Positions 40,381-51,296 of a DNA stretch of 64,000 bases are shown here, in pieces. The stretch's first letter is position 1, and every line of letters starts with the position of its first letter. The stretch is taken from positions 32,001-96,000 of the forward strand of contig CAVYCN010000003.1 of assembly GCA_963767005.1 (NCBI GenBank). The letters run 5' to 3'. Made by a program: the position numbers and the translations under genes. The notes under the pieces were generated by a model. That model did no database searches, was not told the DNA's origin, and worked only from the letters and a program-made list of their open reading frames with translations. The stretch comes from an uncultured Actinomycetes bacterium. GTDB taxonomy: Bacteria > Actinomycetota > Thermoleophilia > UBA2241.

Positions 40381-41022
40381 TCAGACAGCGCCGACGAAGG
40401 ATTTGGCCAGCTCAACGGCTCCAGGTGCCGACGGTTCATAGCCGTCGGCGCCGATCTTGGCCGCGAAATCGGCGTTGATCGCACCCCCGCCCACCATGAC
40501 CTTGACCTTGTCACGCAGGCCAGCGTCCACGAGCATCTGGATCACTCGTCGGTCCTCAGCCGACGTGACGGTCAACAGTGCCGAAAGAGCCAGGACGTTG
40601 GCTTCGCCTTCACGCACCGCCTCGACGAAGCGCTCCGCGTCAACATCGATGCCGAGGTACTGCACATCGAACCCGGCGGCCAGTAGCAGCGTGCAAACCA
40701 TCTCGATGCCGATGGAGTGGATGTCGCCATGGACGGTCCCCGCGACGACCCTGCCCAGAGACTGCCTCTTGCCCCCCTCGGCCTTCAGAGCCTCTTCCAG
40801 GATGGGAGTCGCCGCCTTCATCGCATCAGCGGCTCCAATTAGATCCGGCAGCCATCGCGTCCCTGCCTCGAAGTCGTCGCCGATCGTCTTGATGGTCTGC
40901 GTCATGACGTCAAAGGCAGCGAGCGGATCGATGCCCTCGGCGATGGCGCCCTTGGCACACTCGGCAGCGGAAACCGCGTCATATTCATCTATGGCCTTTG
41001 CAAGGCCACTCAGCCTGTCCAC
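40381..41022 (-). CDS. Methyltransferase corrinoid protein
   Basis: GDIHSIG, LSALLT, VGGG. Confidence 0.92.
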   Translation of the reverse strand: MDRLSGLAKAIDEYDAVSAAECAKGAIAEGIDPLAAFDVMTQTIKTIGDDFEAGTRWLPDLIGAADAMKAATPILEEALKAEGGKRQSLGRVVAGTVHGDIHSIGIEMVCTLLLAAGFDVQYLGIDVDAERFVEAVREGEANVLALSALLTVTSAEDRRVIQMLVDAGLRDKVKVMVGGGAINADFAAKIGADGYEPSAPGAVELAKSFVGAV

Positions 41023-41178
41023 GAGGTCCCTCCACGATCAGCAGATTGGACGCCCACAATGCGTGGGGTCAGGGTGAGACGGTCTACCGCCGTGGCCCGA
41101 ATGGGCCACCTTGGCGCCGGCGGATTCGTCCAGCTGCGCCGACGAACCCAGACAGATGACTACTCGAAGGGCGCACGA

Positions 41179-41796
41179 TCAGAAGCGTCGCGCTGGTGTG
41201 TCGAAGATAAGCAGGACCGTGCGTTCACCGGAGGTGTTGGTCCAGCGGTGAGGTTCCCGCGGTTGATAGACATGGAGGTCACCGGCGCGCAGTTCCACCG
41301 TGCGTTCACCGTGATCGAACTCAATCTGCAACGCACCACGAATCACATAGACGAACGCGTAGTCGGCATCGACCGACCAGAAGCGGCGGTCTGGAGCTTG
41401 GCCTGGTTCCAGATGTTCCTCGAACACTTCGAAGCGCGACTCGTCCTTTGTGAGCAGGTAGTCAGTGACACCTTCGGCCTCGAAAGCAGGCGTGCGCGAG
41501 CTCAGGTCAGGGCCATCCAGGTCGGACTCAAACAACGACGCCACGGTCGTCTCGAGTGCCTTCGTCCATTGCAGCAGAGACGCCAACGAGGCCGACGACA
41601 GTCCGCGCTCCACCCTGCTTAGGAAGCCGCGACTGAGCCCGGTAGCCGCTCCGATGTCTGCCAGTGACATGCCGCGCTGAAGGCGAGCTTCTCTCAGACG
41701 ACTGCCGACCGATTCACCCTGATCGCCGCCACTCGGCCCAAGCTGACCGCCATCGCCGCTTGACCGCTCGTTTGGCATGTCCCCCTCGTTTACCAT
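41179..41796 (-). CDS. XRE-cupin regulator
   Basis: LREAR..MSL...TGLSRGFLSRVERG HTH plus cupin. Confidence 0.9.
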   Translation of the reverse strand: MVNEGDMPNERSSGDGGQLGPSGGDQGESVGSRLREARLQRGMSLADIGAATGLSRGFLSRVERGLSSASLASLLQWTKALETTVASLFESDLDGPDLSSRTPAFEAEGVTDYLLTKDESRFEVFEEHLEPGQAPDRRFWSVDADYAFVYVIRGALQIEFDHGERTVELRAGDLHVYQPREPHRWTNTSGERTVLLIFDTPARRF

Positions 41797-41802
41797 CGGC
41801 AG

Positions 41803-42969
41803 CTAGACTTCCGAAGTGTCTTCTTTAACTGACAAGAGGATAGCCATGAAGTCGTCTTCGGTCATCGACCTTGGATTAACCTCACATGCCAAGTTGACCA
41901 TCGCTGCCTTTGAGAGATGGCTAAGGTCTTGTTCTTGCAGGCTGACTTGATGAAGTGGCACTCCGATATCCGCGATCAGTTCGCGGATCAGAGTTCCCAC
42001 GCGACGCGCCGCCTCGATGTCCGAGATCGCCCCACGCCGGAGGCCGAGAGCCTCGGCGATGCGTGCGTACTTGGCCGGAGCCGCGATCCAGTTGAAGTCA
42101 GTCACCGCAGCCAGGAAGAAGGCGTTGGCCACACCATGGGGTGTGTCATAGGTCCCCCCGAGAGCCTCGGATAGACAGTGCACGGCAGCCGTGCTGGAGA
42201 TTCCCACGGATATGCCGGCAAGACAGCTCGCGAGCATCATGCCCTCTCGGGCACGCCGGTTGTGGCCGTTTGCGCAAGCCTCACGCAGGTTCGCGGCCAC
42301 AAGCTCAATCGCAGTTATCGAGCAGGCGTCGGTGAGCGGCTGTGCGATCGTCGCGGTGTAGCTTTCGATTGCATGTGTCAGCGCATCGATGCCGGTCGAA
42401 GCCGTAAGCCAGGGTGGCAGATCGACGGTCAACTCCGGATCCACCAAGGCGACGGTCGGGGCGATCAGCGGGCTTCCGACGGAGAACTTGAAGCGTCTCT
42501 CGGTGTCACTTATCACGGCCCAGTAGGTGACTTCAGCACCGCTGCCGGCCGTGGTGGGGACCGCAAGGACCGGCCACGATTGTCGCGCGACGCGGTCCCA
42601 GCCTTCGTAGTCGGCCACGCGGCCGCCGTTTGCCAACACGAGTGCGCTCGCCTTCGCGGCGTCCATCGAGCTGCCTCCGCCGATGCCGACTAGGCAATCA
42701 CATTCGGCAGACCTCGCCGTTTCGACCGCCGCATCAACCTGCGCGGCGCGCGGGTTCGGGCTCAACTCCGAAAAGACCGTCGAGGCTACACCGGCTTCGC
42801 CCAAACAGCTCAGCACGCCGTCCACAAGCCCAGCGGAACGGATGCCAGGATCGCACACCACAAGGGCGTGTCGTCCGCCAAGGGCCCTTAACTGCTCGCC
42901 GGCCGTCTCGGACACGCCGTGGCCGAATTCGATCCTCGTGGGCAACTGGAATGTGAAACTCATGCTCAT
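41803..42969 (-). CDS. Iron-containing alcohol dehydrogenase
   Basis: GGGSSMD, PTTAGSGAE, DALTHAIE, H...E, HG. Confidence 0.94.
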   Translation of the reverse strand: MSMSFTFQLPTRIEFGHGVSETAGEQLRALGGRHALVVCDPGIRSAGLVDGVLSCLGEAGVASTVFSELSPNPRAAQVDAAVETARSAECDCLVGIGGGSSMDAAKASALVLANGGRVADYEGWDRVARQSWPVLAVPTTAGSGAEVTYWAVISDTERRFKFSVGSPLIAPTVALVDPELTVDLPPWLTASTGIDALTHAIESYTATIAQPLTDACSITAIELVAANLREACANGHNRRAREGMMLASCLAGISVGISSTAAVHCLSEALGGTYDTPHGVANAFFLAAVTDFNWIAAPAKYARIAEALGLRRGAISDIEAARRVGTLIRELIADIGVPLHQVSLQEQDLSHLSKAAMVNLACEVNPRSMTEDDFMAILLSVKEDTSEV

Positions 42970-43101
42970 CTCGTATCACCTAGTCGGTTGTCAGCGTCTG
43001 AGTCGCGCCAACCGAGCGCGCTCCTCGAAGACCTGCGGCTTCAGTTCAGCCTCGCTCGTACTGCAGCGTCGAGACGGGAGACGCGGCCGTGCCTTGAGTC
43101 G

Positions 43102-44061
43102 CTAGCCAGAGACCAGCTGATAGCTCTTGACCTCCCCCTGCTCCAGAGCCACCACTACCCCATCCAGCACGCCATCCTGATAGCTGGATCCGGGGTTGAT
43201 GCAGACTGTCCTTCCCAACTTGCTCACGGCGCGCGACTCGTGGATGTGGCTGTGAAGCCCGAGGATCGGCTGACGGGCCTCAATTAATGAACGCACCGCG
43301 CGGCTTCCTACCGGCGCCTGCTGCGGCTGGCCACCGACCTTCTTGACTATGACCATCCCCTCCGCATCGACCCCGGCCACCTCCGGCCCGGTATCGAGGC
43401 CACTGTCAAACGGCGGAATATGCAAGTTGAACACGCTCGGTAGTTCGTCGTCGAGGCTCTCAGCGAGGCGCTCCAGCTTCTCCTGAAGCTGGTCTTCGGG
43501 CAGCTCACGAGGCGTGTTCCACGGTGACGGGTTGCCCCACGCACACGAGAGGAGCTGGTATTCCCCCATGCGCACCACTGTGCTCTCGACGTTGATCAGA
43601 TGTTCGCTGCGGAACGCATCATCGACGGCCTGCTCATCATCGTTACCTGCCATGCCGTAGACCACGACTTTGGTTCCGCTCAGCTTCTCATCGGCGATCG
43701 CCGCCCATCTGGCAGCCGTCTCGACCATGACGCCGTTCATGACCTCTTTGCGATAATCGACGTCACTATCTATCCTTGCTAGCTCATCACTTGAACAGCG
43801 GTACGGGTAGTAGCCGTTGAAGCGCAAGCGTTTCTCTAGGTCATCGAGCTGAGATCGATTCTTCGCAACTTCGATCTTACCGAATAACGATGCCAGATAA
43901 CGCCCAGGTTTATCCTCGAGAACTGGCACGAGAATCTTCCCGGTTATGTCACCACCTAGAATGAGAGCATCTACGTTGTAGAAAGACGCCGAGTTGAGGA
44001 ACTTCCGCCAGACACGCTCTGACCCATGCATGTCGGCAGCATAGAAGATCTGCACAGTCAA
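43102..44061 (-). CDS. Calcineurin-like metallophosphoesterase
   Basis: DMHGS, GGDITGK, GNDD, HIPP, HSHIHE, NPGS. Confidence 0.9.
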   Translation of the reverse strand: MTVQIFYAADMHGSERVWRKFLNSASFYNVDALILGGDITGKILVPVLEDKPGRYLASLFGKIEVAKNRSQLDDLEKRLRFNGYYPYRCSSDELARIDSDVDYRKEVMNGVMVETAARWAAIADEKLSGTKVVVYGMAGNDDEQAVDDAFRSEHLINVESTVVRMGEYQLLSCAWGNPSPWNTPRELPEDQLQEKLERLAESLDDELPSVFNLHIPPFDSGLDTGPEVAGVDAEGMVIVKKVGGQPQQAPVGSRAVRSLIEARQPILGLHSHIHESRAVSKLGRTVCINPGSSYQDGVLDGVVVALEQGEVKSYQLVSG

Positions 44062-44145
44062 CCTCCGACAGTTACGGTTGTCGCATCAGTTCAAGACCAG
44101 TACTGTCAGATGCCATCTGATGCCGTACTGTATCGATTCCCACAC

Positions 44146-45777
44146 TCATTCTGGCGGAATTTCACGATAGTTGCGGCGCAAGTCTATCCCCTGCCTGTTG
44201 CGGACCGCAGATGACACGAAATAGACGCAGATGCCTGCCGCGTAGATTGCAAAGAAGGCAATGAACTGCGGGAAGTTGTGCCGAGGCGTGACGCCCATGT
44301 TGGCGTCCATGAGTGGCCGCCAGATCCACGTCACGGCCATGGGAATGGCGAGGATCGCAAGGACCGTGAGGTCCGGGACGCCAAACCAGGTGCGTGTGCC
44401 GGGTGACGACTTCCACACGTCCTTCTGCAGGTAGGGCAGCAGGCAGGCAGCAATCATGGCGGTGACCATGGGGATCATGAAGCCCCAGTTCGCCGAGATT
44501 GCCGTGAGATGTCCGTACGTAACGAGATAGCCGTACACAATCGAGGCGGCAGCGACGAGCCACGTCGCCACCCAGGGCTGATGAGAGCGAGCCGACACCT
44601 TCGAAACGGCGTCAGGCAGGACTCTGTCGATCGACCAAGCAAAGACGCAGCGCGAGGCCATGACCATGATCGCGCCGACCATGATCAGCGGATAGGTCAT
44701 GAAGCCAAGCATGAGCGGAATAGTCACCCAGCCGTGACCGATTGAACCACAGACGAGTGCGGCATAGCTTGGTGCGGCGGCAAGCCCGAAGGTTGAACTC
44801 GACATCGTGTTGCTGAGGTTCGCAAAGAACGGCGTCCCGAACAGTGAGCACATCCCGCCTATGACCAGCAGGGCCATCGCTGTCATGAACACGAGGGCGC
44901 CCACGCCCCCCATCATCTGATTGCGACCTGGGCTCTTCACCTCACCGCCGATGTACGCGCCGTAGAACGCCACAGCCAAGAAGACCAGTGGCCAGACGGT
45001 CGAGAAGTATGTCTGCGAGAAGGAGAAGTGCGGAGAACTCCCGGCAACGAGTTTCGAAGCACTGCCGAACTTCAACTGTGCGAAGAGCGGGTTGAGATGG
45101 GAGAGCGCTCCTGAGCGAGACGCTAGGAACGCGTAGAGAGCCATGACGATGAGCGAGGCAGCTCCTGCAATGACAAACACGGTCTGAGCCCTGTAGTAGA
45201 CCTTCGTCCCGAACGTCGTCATGACGAGCGCGAACACGACAATGAGCACAACGCAGGTGAGAAACGTCGCGTTGCGACCGCCAAACCATGTGCCGGCGCT
45301 GATCATCGAATGGCTGTTTAGTTGCACGCCGGCAATCTGCAGCATCGGTGAGAGACCGTAGCCGATGACATAGGCGCCGCCGACTCCGACGTAGAAGCAC
45401 GATCCCAGGACGAAGCAGAGGTTAGCGGCAAACCCTAATGCCGGGTGCAGGACCCGGGAGGCGTAGACGTACTCGCCGCCCGATCGGGGATAGATCGTCG
45501 ACAGCTTGATGTAGGCCAAGAGCACGGGAGCCATCATCAGGGACGCGAGCAGGATACTCAGGTACATGTTCGCCCCGACGTACAGCCAAGGGACGTAGAG
45601 CAGAATCCAGGCAAGGCCGAGGCCCATGACACCGTTGCTGGAGCTGATTCCAAAGGCGTCCCAGGCAGACACACTCCGGATCAACCCGCTCGCATTGCGC
45701 TTGTACTGTTTGGGTAGTGCCGATGGCTCAGTCGAGGGCGTTTGTGTCACGTGAGTTGGGTCAATCGTGGTTCCCAT
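44146..45777 (-). CDS. APC family amino acid/amine permease
   Basis: R.ASGL.R, PRSGGEYVY, GEVK, SR..FAWS.D, C-terminal IPPE. Confidence 0.92.
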   Translation of the reverse strand: MGTTIDPTHVTQTPSTEPSALPKQYKRNASGLIRSVSAWDAFGISSSNGVMGLGLAWILLYVPWLYVGANMYLSILLASLMMAPVLLAYIKLSTIYPRSGGEYVYASRVLHPALGFAANLCFVLGSCFYVGVGGAYVIGYGLSPMLQIAGVQLNSHSMISAGTWFGGRNATFLTCVVLIVVFALVMTTFGTKVYYRAQTVFVIAGAASLIVMALYAFLASRSGALSHLNPLFAQLKFGSASKLVAGSSPHFSFSQTYFSTVWPLVFLAVAFYGAYIGGEVKSPGRNQMMGGVGALVFMTAMALLVIGGMCSLFGTPFFANLSNTMSSSTFGLAAAPSYAALVCGSIGHGWVTIPLMLGFMTYPLIMVGAIMVMASRCVFAWSIDRVLPDAVSKVSARSHQPWVATWLVAAASIVYGYLVTYGHLTAISANWGFMIPMVTAMIAACLLPYLQKDVWKSSPGTRTWFGVPDLTVLAILAIPMAVTWIWRPLMDANMGVTPRHNFPQFIAFFAIYAAGICVYFVSSAVRNRQGIDLRRNYREIPPE

Positions 45778-46296
45778 GCTCCCCTCCGGCTCAAGTGGGA
45801 CTACTTCTCGCCTGACGACGCCCCCACGACCGTCAGGCTTCAGTGAAACCGACGCGCCCCACAACTGCGTGGAGCGCCACGCTATCGTCTAAGTCGCTGG
45901 CGACATCATCCGCAATTGCTGGCCTCGCTCCGTCGCTCGTGGGTACCCCCGCTTTCTTCGGGCGCCACGACCGCCTCCCGCCGAAGTGGCCAAGTAGCCC
46001 TTTCGCTCATCGGTTGCGGCCCCCAAGTGGTCCGATAGGACTCACGAGCCGCACCCTAGCAGGTGTTGTCTATTTGTCAACAAGCGACGATGCTCTTCGC
46101 TGTCAGGCAAAGTACGACCTGAGTTTCCAAGCTAGGAAGAGGGCCGATGACCACCGGCAAATGACATAGAGTCAACACGCTGTTGCTTGTAACGAAACAC
46201 TGTCGTAGGGTAGTCGCGATATGCAGGCGCAGCGTCCCGCGCTAGCGCGCAGCGGTCGCTAGTTCGGCCTGACCAGTAGGAGAGGAGCCCCCTACC

Positions 46297-47232
46297 ATGC
46301 AGCACCACTTCCAGGGCAGAGACTTCCTGAAGCTCGCCGACTTCACCCCCGACGAGGTGCGCTTCATCGTCGACACGGCGATCGAGCTCAAGCGCAAGCG
46401 CCTGATCGGCGAGCTCTTCGAGCCGCTGCGCGGCAAGACCGTCGCCCTGATCTTCGAGAAGGCATCGACGCGCACCCGCCTGAGCTTTCAGGCGGGCATC
46501 GCCCAGCTCGGCGGCCAGACCTTCTACATGAGCCCCGACCAGATGCAGACCAGCCGCGGCGAGCCGATCTCAGACACGGCGCGCATCATCGACCGCTACT
46601 GCGAGGGCCTCTTCATCCGCACCTTCGGCCAGGAGGTCGTCGAGGAGTTCGCCCGCTACATGCTCAACCCGGTGATCAACGCGCTGACCAACGAGACCCA
46701 CCCCTGCCAAGGCCTCTGCGACCTGATGACGATCAAAGAGAAGAAGGGCCACTACAAGGGCCTCAAGGTCGCCTACCTGGGCGACATCTGGAACGTCTGC
46801 CACTCGCTCATGATGGGCTCCGCCATGCTCGGCATGGACTTCTACGCCGCCCAGCCCAACGAGAGCTATCAGCCCAACGCCGAGCAGCTCGCGATCGCCC
46901 AGAAGTGGGCCGCCCTCTCGGGGTCGAAGATCGTCTATACGCCCGACCTCGAAGAGGTCGCCGGCCAGGCCGACGTGATCTACGGCAACACCTGGCACTC
47001 GATGGCCACCGAGAACCGCGAGCAGCGCCTCAAGGACTTCGCCCCCTACCAGGTCAACATGCGCGTGATCGAGATGGCCAAGCCTGACGTGATCTACATG
47101 CACTGCCTGCCGGGCTACCGCGGCGAGGACATGGTCGACGAGGTCATCGAGAGCCCCTACTGCGCCTTCTGGGACCAGGGTGAGAACCGCATGCACACCG
47201 AGAAGGCCGTCGCCGCGCTCTTTCTCGGCTGA
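46297..47232 (+). CDS. Ornithine-carbamoyltransferase-family enzyme with atypical substrate loop
   Basis: STRTR, HPCQ, HCLP, ENRMH; NTWHSMA replaces DxxxSMG. Confidence 0.92.
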   Translation: MQHHFQGRDFLKLADFTPDEVRFIVDTAIELKRKRLIGELFEPLRGKTVALIFEKASTRTRLSFQAGIAQLGGQTFYMSPDQMQTSRGEPISDTARIIDRYCEGLFIRTFGQEVVEEFARYMLNPVINALTNETHPCQGLCDLMTIKEKKGHYKGLKVAYLGDIWNVCHSLMMGSAMLGMDFYAAQPNESYQPNAEQLAIAQKWAALSGSKIVYTPDLEEVAGQADVIYGNTWHSMATENREQRLKDFAPYQVNMRVIEMAKPDVIYMHCLPGYRGEDMVDEVIESPYCAFWDQGENRMHTEKAVAALFLG

Positions 47233-47328
47233 AGGAGCACGGCCCTTCGAATGATTCAGGGTCACCGCAGGGTCAACACGACGTCAATCACTGAAGCGCG
47301 GTCTGCTGCAAAGACGAGGAGGACAACA

Positions 47329-48252
47329 TTGGACACTCTCACAGAGTCTGCTGCATCAACACCCGTCAGCGAGCGATTCCCGGACGGATGGGGAGCATTC
47401 AGCAAGATCGGCTTGCTGCGGGACGTACTTCTCGGGGATCCAAGCTACTTCAGCTGGCACCCGACGAGCGCGATCTCACGGGCAACCCTGACCAACCTCG
47501 CAACCCGAGGCGTGGTCTACGACTCCGAGCTTGCCAAGCGACAGCACGAAGCCATGGTTCAGGTCTACCGGGAAGCCGGCGTGCGAGTTCACTTTGCCCG
47601 AGGCGACAAGGATGCTCCCTACTCGGTCTTCACCCGTGACTCAAGCGTGATGACCCCCTGGGGCCCTGTGATCATGAGCCTGCAGCCTGCGGTGCGTCGT
47701 CGCGACCACAGCACCGCGGTCGACTTCTACCACGCCGCTGGCATCCCGATCTGGAAGTGGATCACGGCTGGGCACATGGAGGGCGGCGACGTCGTCATCA
47801 TCGAGCCAGGTGTCGTGATGATCGGCTACTGCGAAGAGCGTTCACAGCAGTCTGGCGCAGAGCAGTTGGCTGGCTGGTTCAGAGAAGAGGGCTGGGAAGC
47901 TCTTGTGGTGGCCAACCCCGCCCACTTCGTTCACATGGACGCGCTCGTTCTGCCGGCCGCTCCCAAGACCGTCGTTCTCTGTCGCGATGCCCTTGAGGAC
48001 TACGTCACGGACTTCTTGAAAGCCCATGGCTATGACTTCATCGATGTGCCCTACAAGGACTGCGTTCGACTGGGTTGCAACGTCATGCCTTTGGGAAACG
48101 AGCGGATTCTCTCGCTCGAAAGCAACGACACCCTGAACAAGAAGCTGGGCGCTCTGGGTCTGAGTGTGTCTGCGGTCGACATGTCGATGTACGCCCTGGG
48201 TGGCGGCGGCGTGCATTGCCTCTCGATGGAGATCCGCCGAGAGGCAGAGTGA
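47329..48252 (+). CDS. Amidinotransferase/pentein family guanidino hydrolase (DDAH/arginine deiminase-like)
   Basis: FTRD, EGGD, HMD, GGGGVHC catalytic motifs; TTG start after AGGAGG. Confidence 0.88.
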   Translation: MDTLTESAASTPVSERFPDGWGAFSKIGLLRDVLLGDPSYFSWHPTSAISRATLTNLATRGVVYDSELAKRQHEAMVQVYREAGVRVHFARGDKDAPYSVFTRDSSVMTPWGPVIMSLQPAVRRRDHSTAVDFYHAAGIPIWKWITAGHMEGGDVVIIEPGVVMIGYCEERSQQSGAEQLAGWFREEGWEALVVANPAHFVHMDALVLPAAPKTVVLCRDALEDYVTDFLKAHGYDFIDVPYKDCVRLGCNVMPLGNERILSLESNDTLNKKLGALGLSVSAVDMSMYALGGGGVHCLSMEIRREAE

Positions 48253-48346
48253 GACCGGCTGACGATCTGCCTCTCAGATTCGGTACTGCGCCAACCGTTC
48301 GCCAGCAACTGTCGGAAAGCCAAAGTGGAAAGGGGGGAATCGAACC

Positions 48347-49765
48347 GTGAGCACCTCAGCATCCACCGTCCGGAAGACCCTGCCCGAGCGGCCGGGCGTC
48401 TTTGTGGCCTACGAGCGCGCCATGAAGGGGCCCAAGGTCGACGAGAAGGACTGGGACTATCACGTCATTCCCGAGACCGCTAAGCGCCTCAAGGAAAAGT
48501 ACGGGATCGCGATGGACAAACACGTCATGATCCCGACCGACCCCGACCTCATGAAGCGCCTCTATCAGGCCGGCCTTGAGATGCTGGTCGAGTGCGGCAT
48601 CTACTGCATCGACACGGGCCGCGTCATCAAGTGGAGCGAAGAGGAAGTGCTCTGGGGCGTCGCCCACGCTCCCAGGGCGGCAGTCATCGGCGAGGGCCTG
48701 CACGGCCGGCCGCTCGTGCCACGCCACGCAAACGACCCGCGACCGCCGCTCGTGCAGGGCGGTCCCACCGGCGCGCCCTGCAGCGAGAAGCACTTCTTCG
48801 GCATCCACTACTCCTACGCCAAGGAGGGCATCGTCGACTGCATTGTCGACGGCGTGCTGGAGACGATCGACGGCTACAACCCCGCGCCGGACAGCCCCTG
48901 GGAGGTGATGGCCGGCAAGCAGGAGGTGCTCTACGTGCGCCAGGCTCAGGCTCGAGCCAACCGCTCGGGCATGGGGTTATAGGGCCCCGAGACGCCGCTC
49001 GCCCCAGCCTCCGTCATTGCGGCGGACTTCCCCGGTGGCATGCGGGCGTCGGACAACCACGAGGTGTCGCAGCTCAATGAGCTGAAGTGCGACGCAGGGG
49101 CGTTGACCTTCACGGCTCATTACAACCAAGCGGCAGACATCATCATGGTTGAGCAGATGCCGATCTATGGCGGCTTCGCCGGTGGCCTCGAGGAGAGCAC
49201 CATCGTCGACTGCGCCACCCATCTGAACTCGTTCGTCATGTACGGCGGCACCTGGCACTTGGACGGCCCGGTCCACATGCGCTGGGGCATCACGACGACA
49301 AGAGAGGCTCTGGCCATCGCGGGCCACGCCAACCGCGCCATCGAGGAGGCCCATCCCCACTTGCTGACCGGCAACCAGTACTACACCCTGGCCGGCCCCT
49401 GCACCGTGATGTGTCTTCTGGAGACCGCCGCGCAAGCGATCACCGATACCGGCAGCGGCCGCGAGATCATGTCCGGAGTGGCAGCCGCCAAGGGCGTCAT
49501 TATCAACAAGACGACCGGCATGGAGGCACGCTTCATGGGCGAGTGCGCCCACGCCGTGGCCGGCCTGCCGATCGAGCAGGTCAACGAGATCCTCGACGCC
49601 CTGGTCGCCCGCTACGAGGGCAACTACAAGGCGGCCCCCGAAGGCAAGCCCTACGAGGACTGCTACGACACCGTCAAGGTGGTGCCCACCGACGAGTACC
49701 TCGGCGTCTACGACGCAGCCGTCACGGAGCTCGAGGGTCTCGGCGTCCACTACAAGCTCTGGTGA
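48347..49765 (+). CDS. mtmB: Monomethylamine:corrinoid methyltransferase with in-frame TAG (pyrrolysine) at 48980-48982
   Basis: Two same-frame ORFs joined via GMGL-TAG-GPET; HEVSQLNELK, EQMPIYGG, HLDGPVH.RWG, GNQYY, SGRE, KTTGMEAR match MtmB. Confidence 0.96.
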
Positions 49766-49846
49766 CGAGGGCAGGTGAGTCGACCATGGATGGCCTTGGG
49801 GCTCTACCTGTCGGACCCTGGGAGCCGTGAGGAGGACGAGCGAGCG

Positions 49847-50497
<651 letters not shown>

Positions 50498-50820
50498 GAC
50501 GACCGAAGCCCTCTAATCGGCTGGTTGCTCCACTACCACCACGATCGTCGTTCGGTCGTGCCCCCAGGGTGGTGTGTCAACCAGCGCCGGCGCCGCAGGC
50601 CCCCTGGCCTCCCAGGGGCCTGCGGCTCCCCGGCCCTTCACGCTGAGATGGCGATCGCAGCCGTCATCGGCAGACAACGGACGCCACTTCGAAGATCCAG
50701 CACGACGACCCTGCGTGGCCTTGTGCAGTCAATGAATGCGTGCGCTCTCGACCTACCGCCGGGAATCAGCTGCCCGCGTTCTCTCCGCACCGGTGCTTAA
50801 GAACTTCGAATTATGTCCTT

Positions 50821-50920
50821 GAGAAGGTCGGCCGGGCCGCGTCGCGCGACGAGACGCGGCCGATCCTCACGGGCGTGCTCGTCACGATCGGCGCCGGCAA
50901 GCTCAAGATGGTCGCCACCG
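50821..50920 (+). pseudogene. dnaN: Internal fragment of DNA polymerase III beta clamp
   Basis: EKVGRAASRDETRPILTGVLV...LKMVAT matches DnaN domain 2 up to ATD(S). Confidence 0.7.
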
Positions 50921-51296
50921 GCGCGTGAACAGCGCAACGTGCTGGCCGTTGTCCTAAGACGCCGACGCGGAGCCGACGCGACCAGACCGCGGCAGATTGG
51001 CCCTTCTTGCGGAGTCAGCTAGCGGACGTCTCGGGTCGCCCCCGCGAGAGGGAAGCAATGCGTCAGAGGTCTTCAGCCAACTTCGTAGTAGTCGCAAAAG
51101 TCGGCCTCACCTATTTCGCCTACCGGCGCGTACTTGGCCCAGAGATCGCCGCAGTCGCGACCTCCACTTCCGGTGGCGAGCAAGCGACTAGCCCTCACTG
51201 GGGCCATCATCGCCAAATCCGACGCGGTGCTTGATGTCGTAGTTGGAGTCTCCTGGCTCACGCGACTGAGACGCGGTGCGGCGCCTGCCTGATCGA

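Noticed and set aside
48980-48982. mtmB as a nonsense pseudogene or two genes
   Set aside because: TAG is at the conserved Pyl position and both halves are in frame and undegraded
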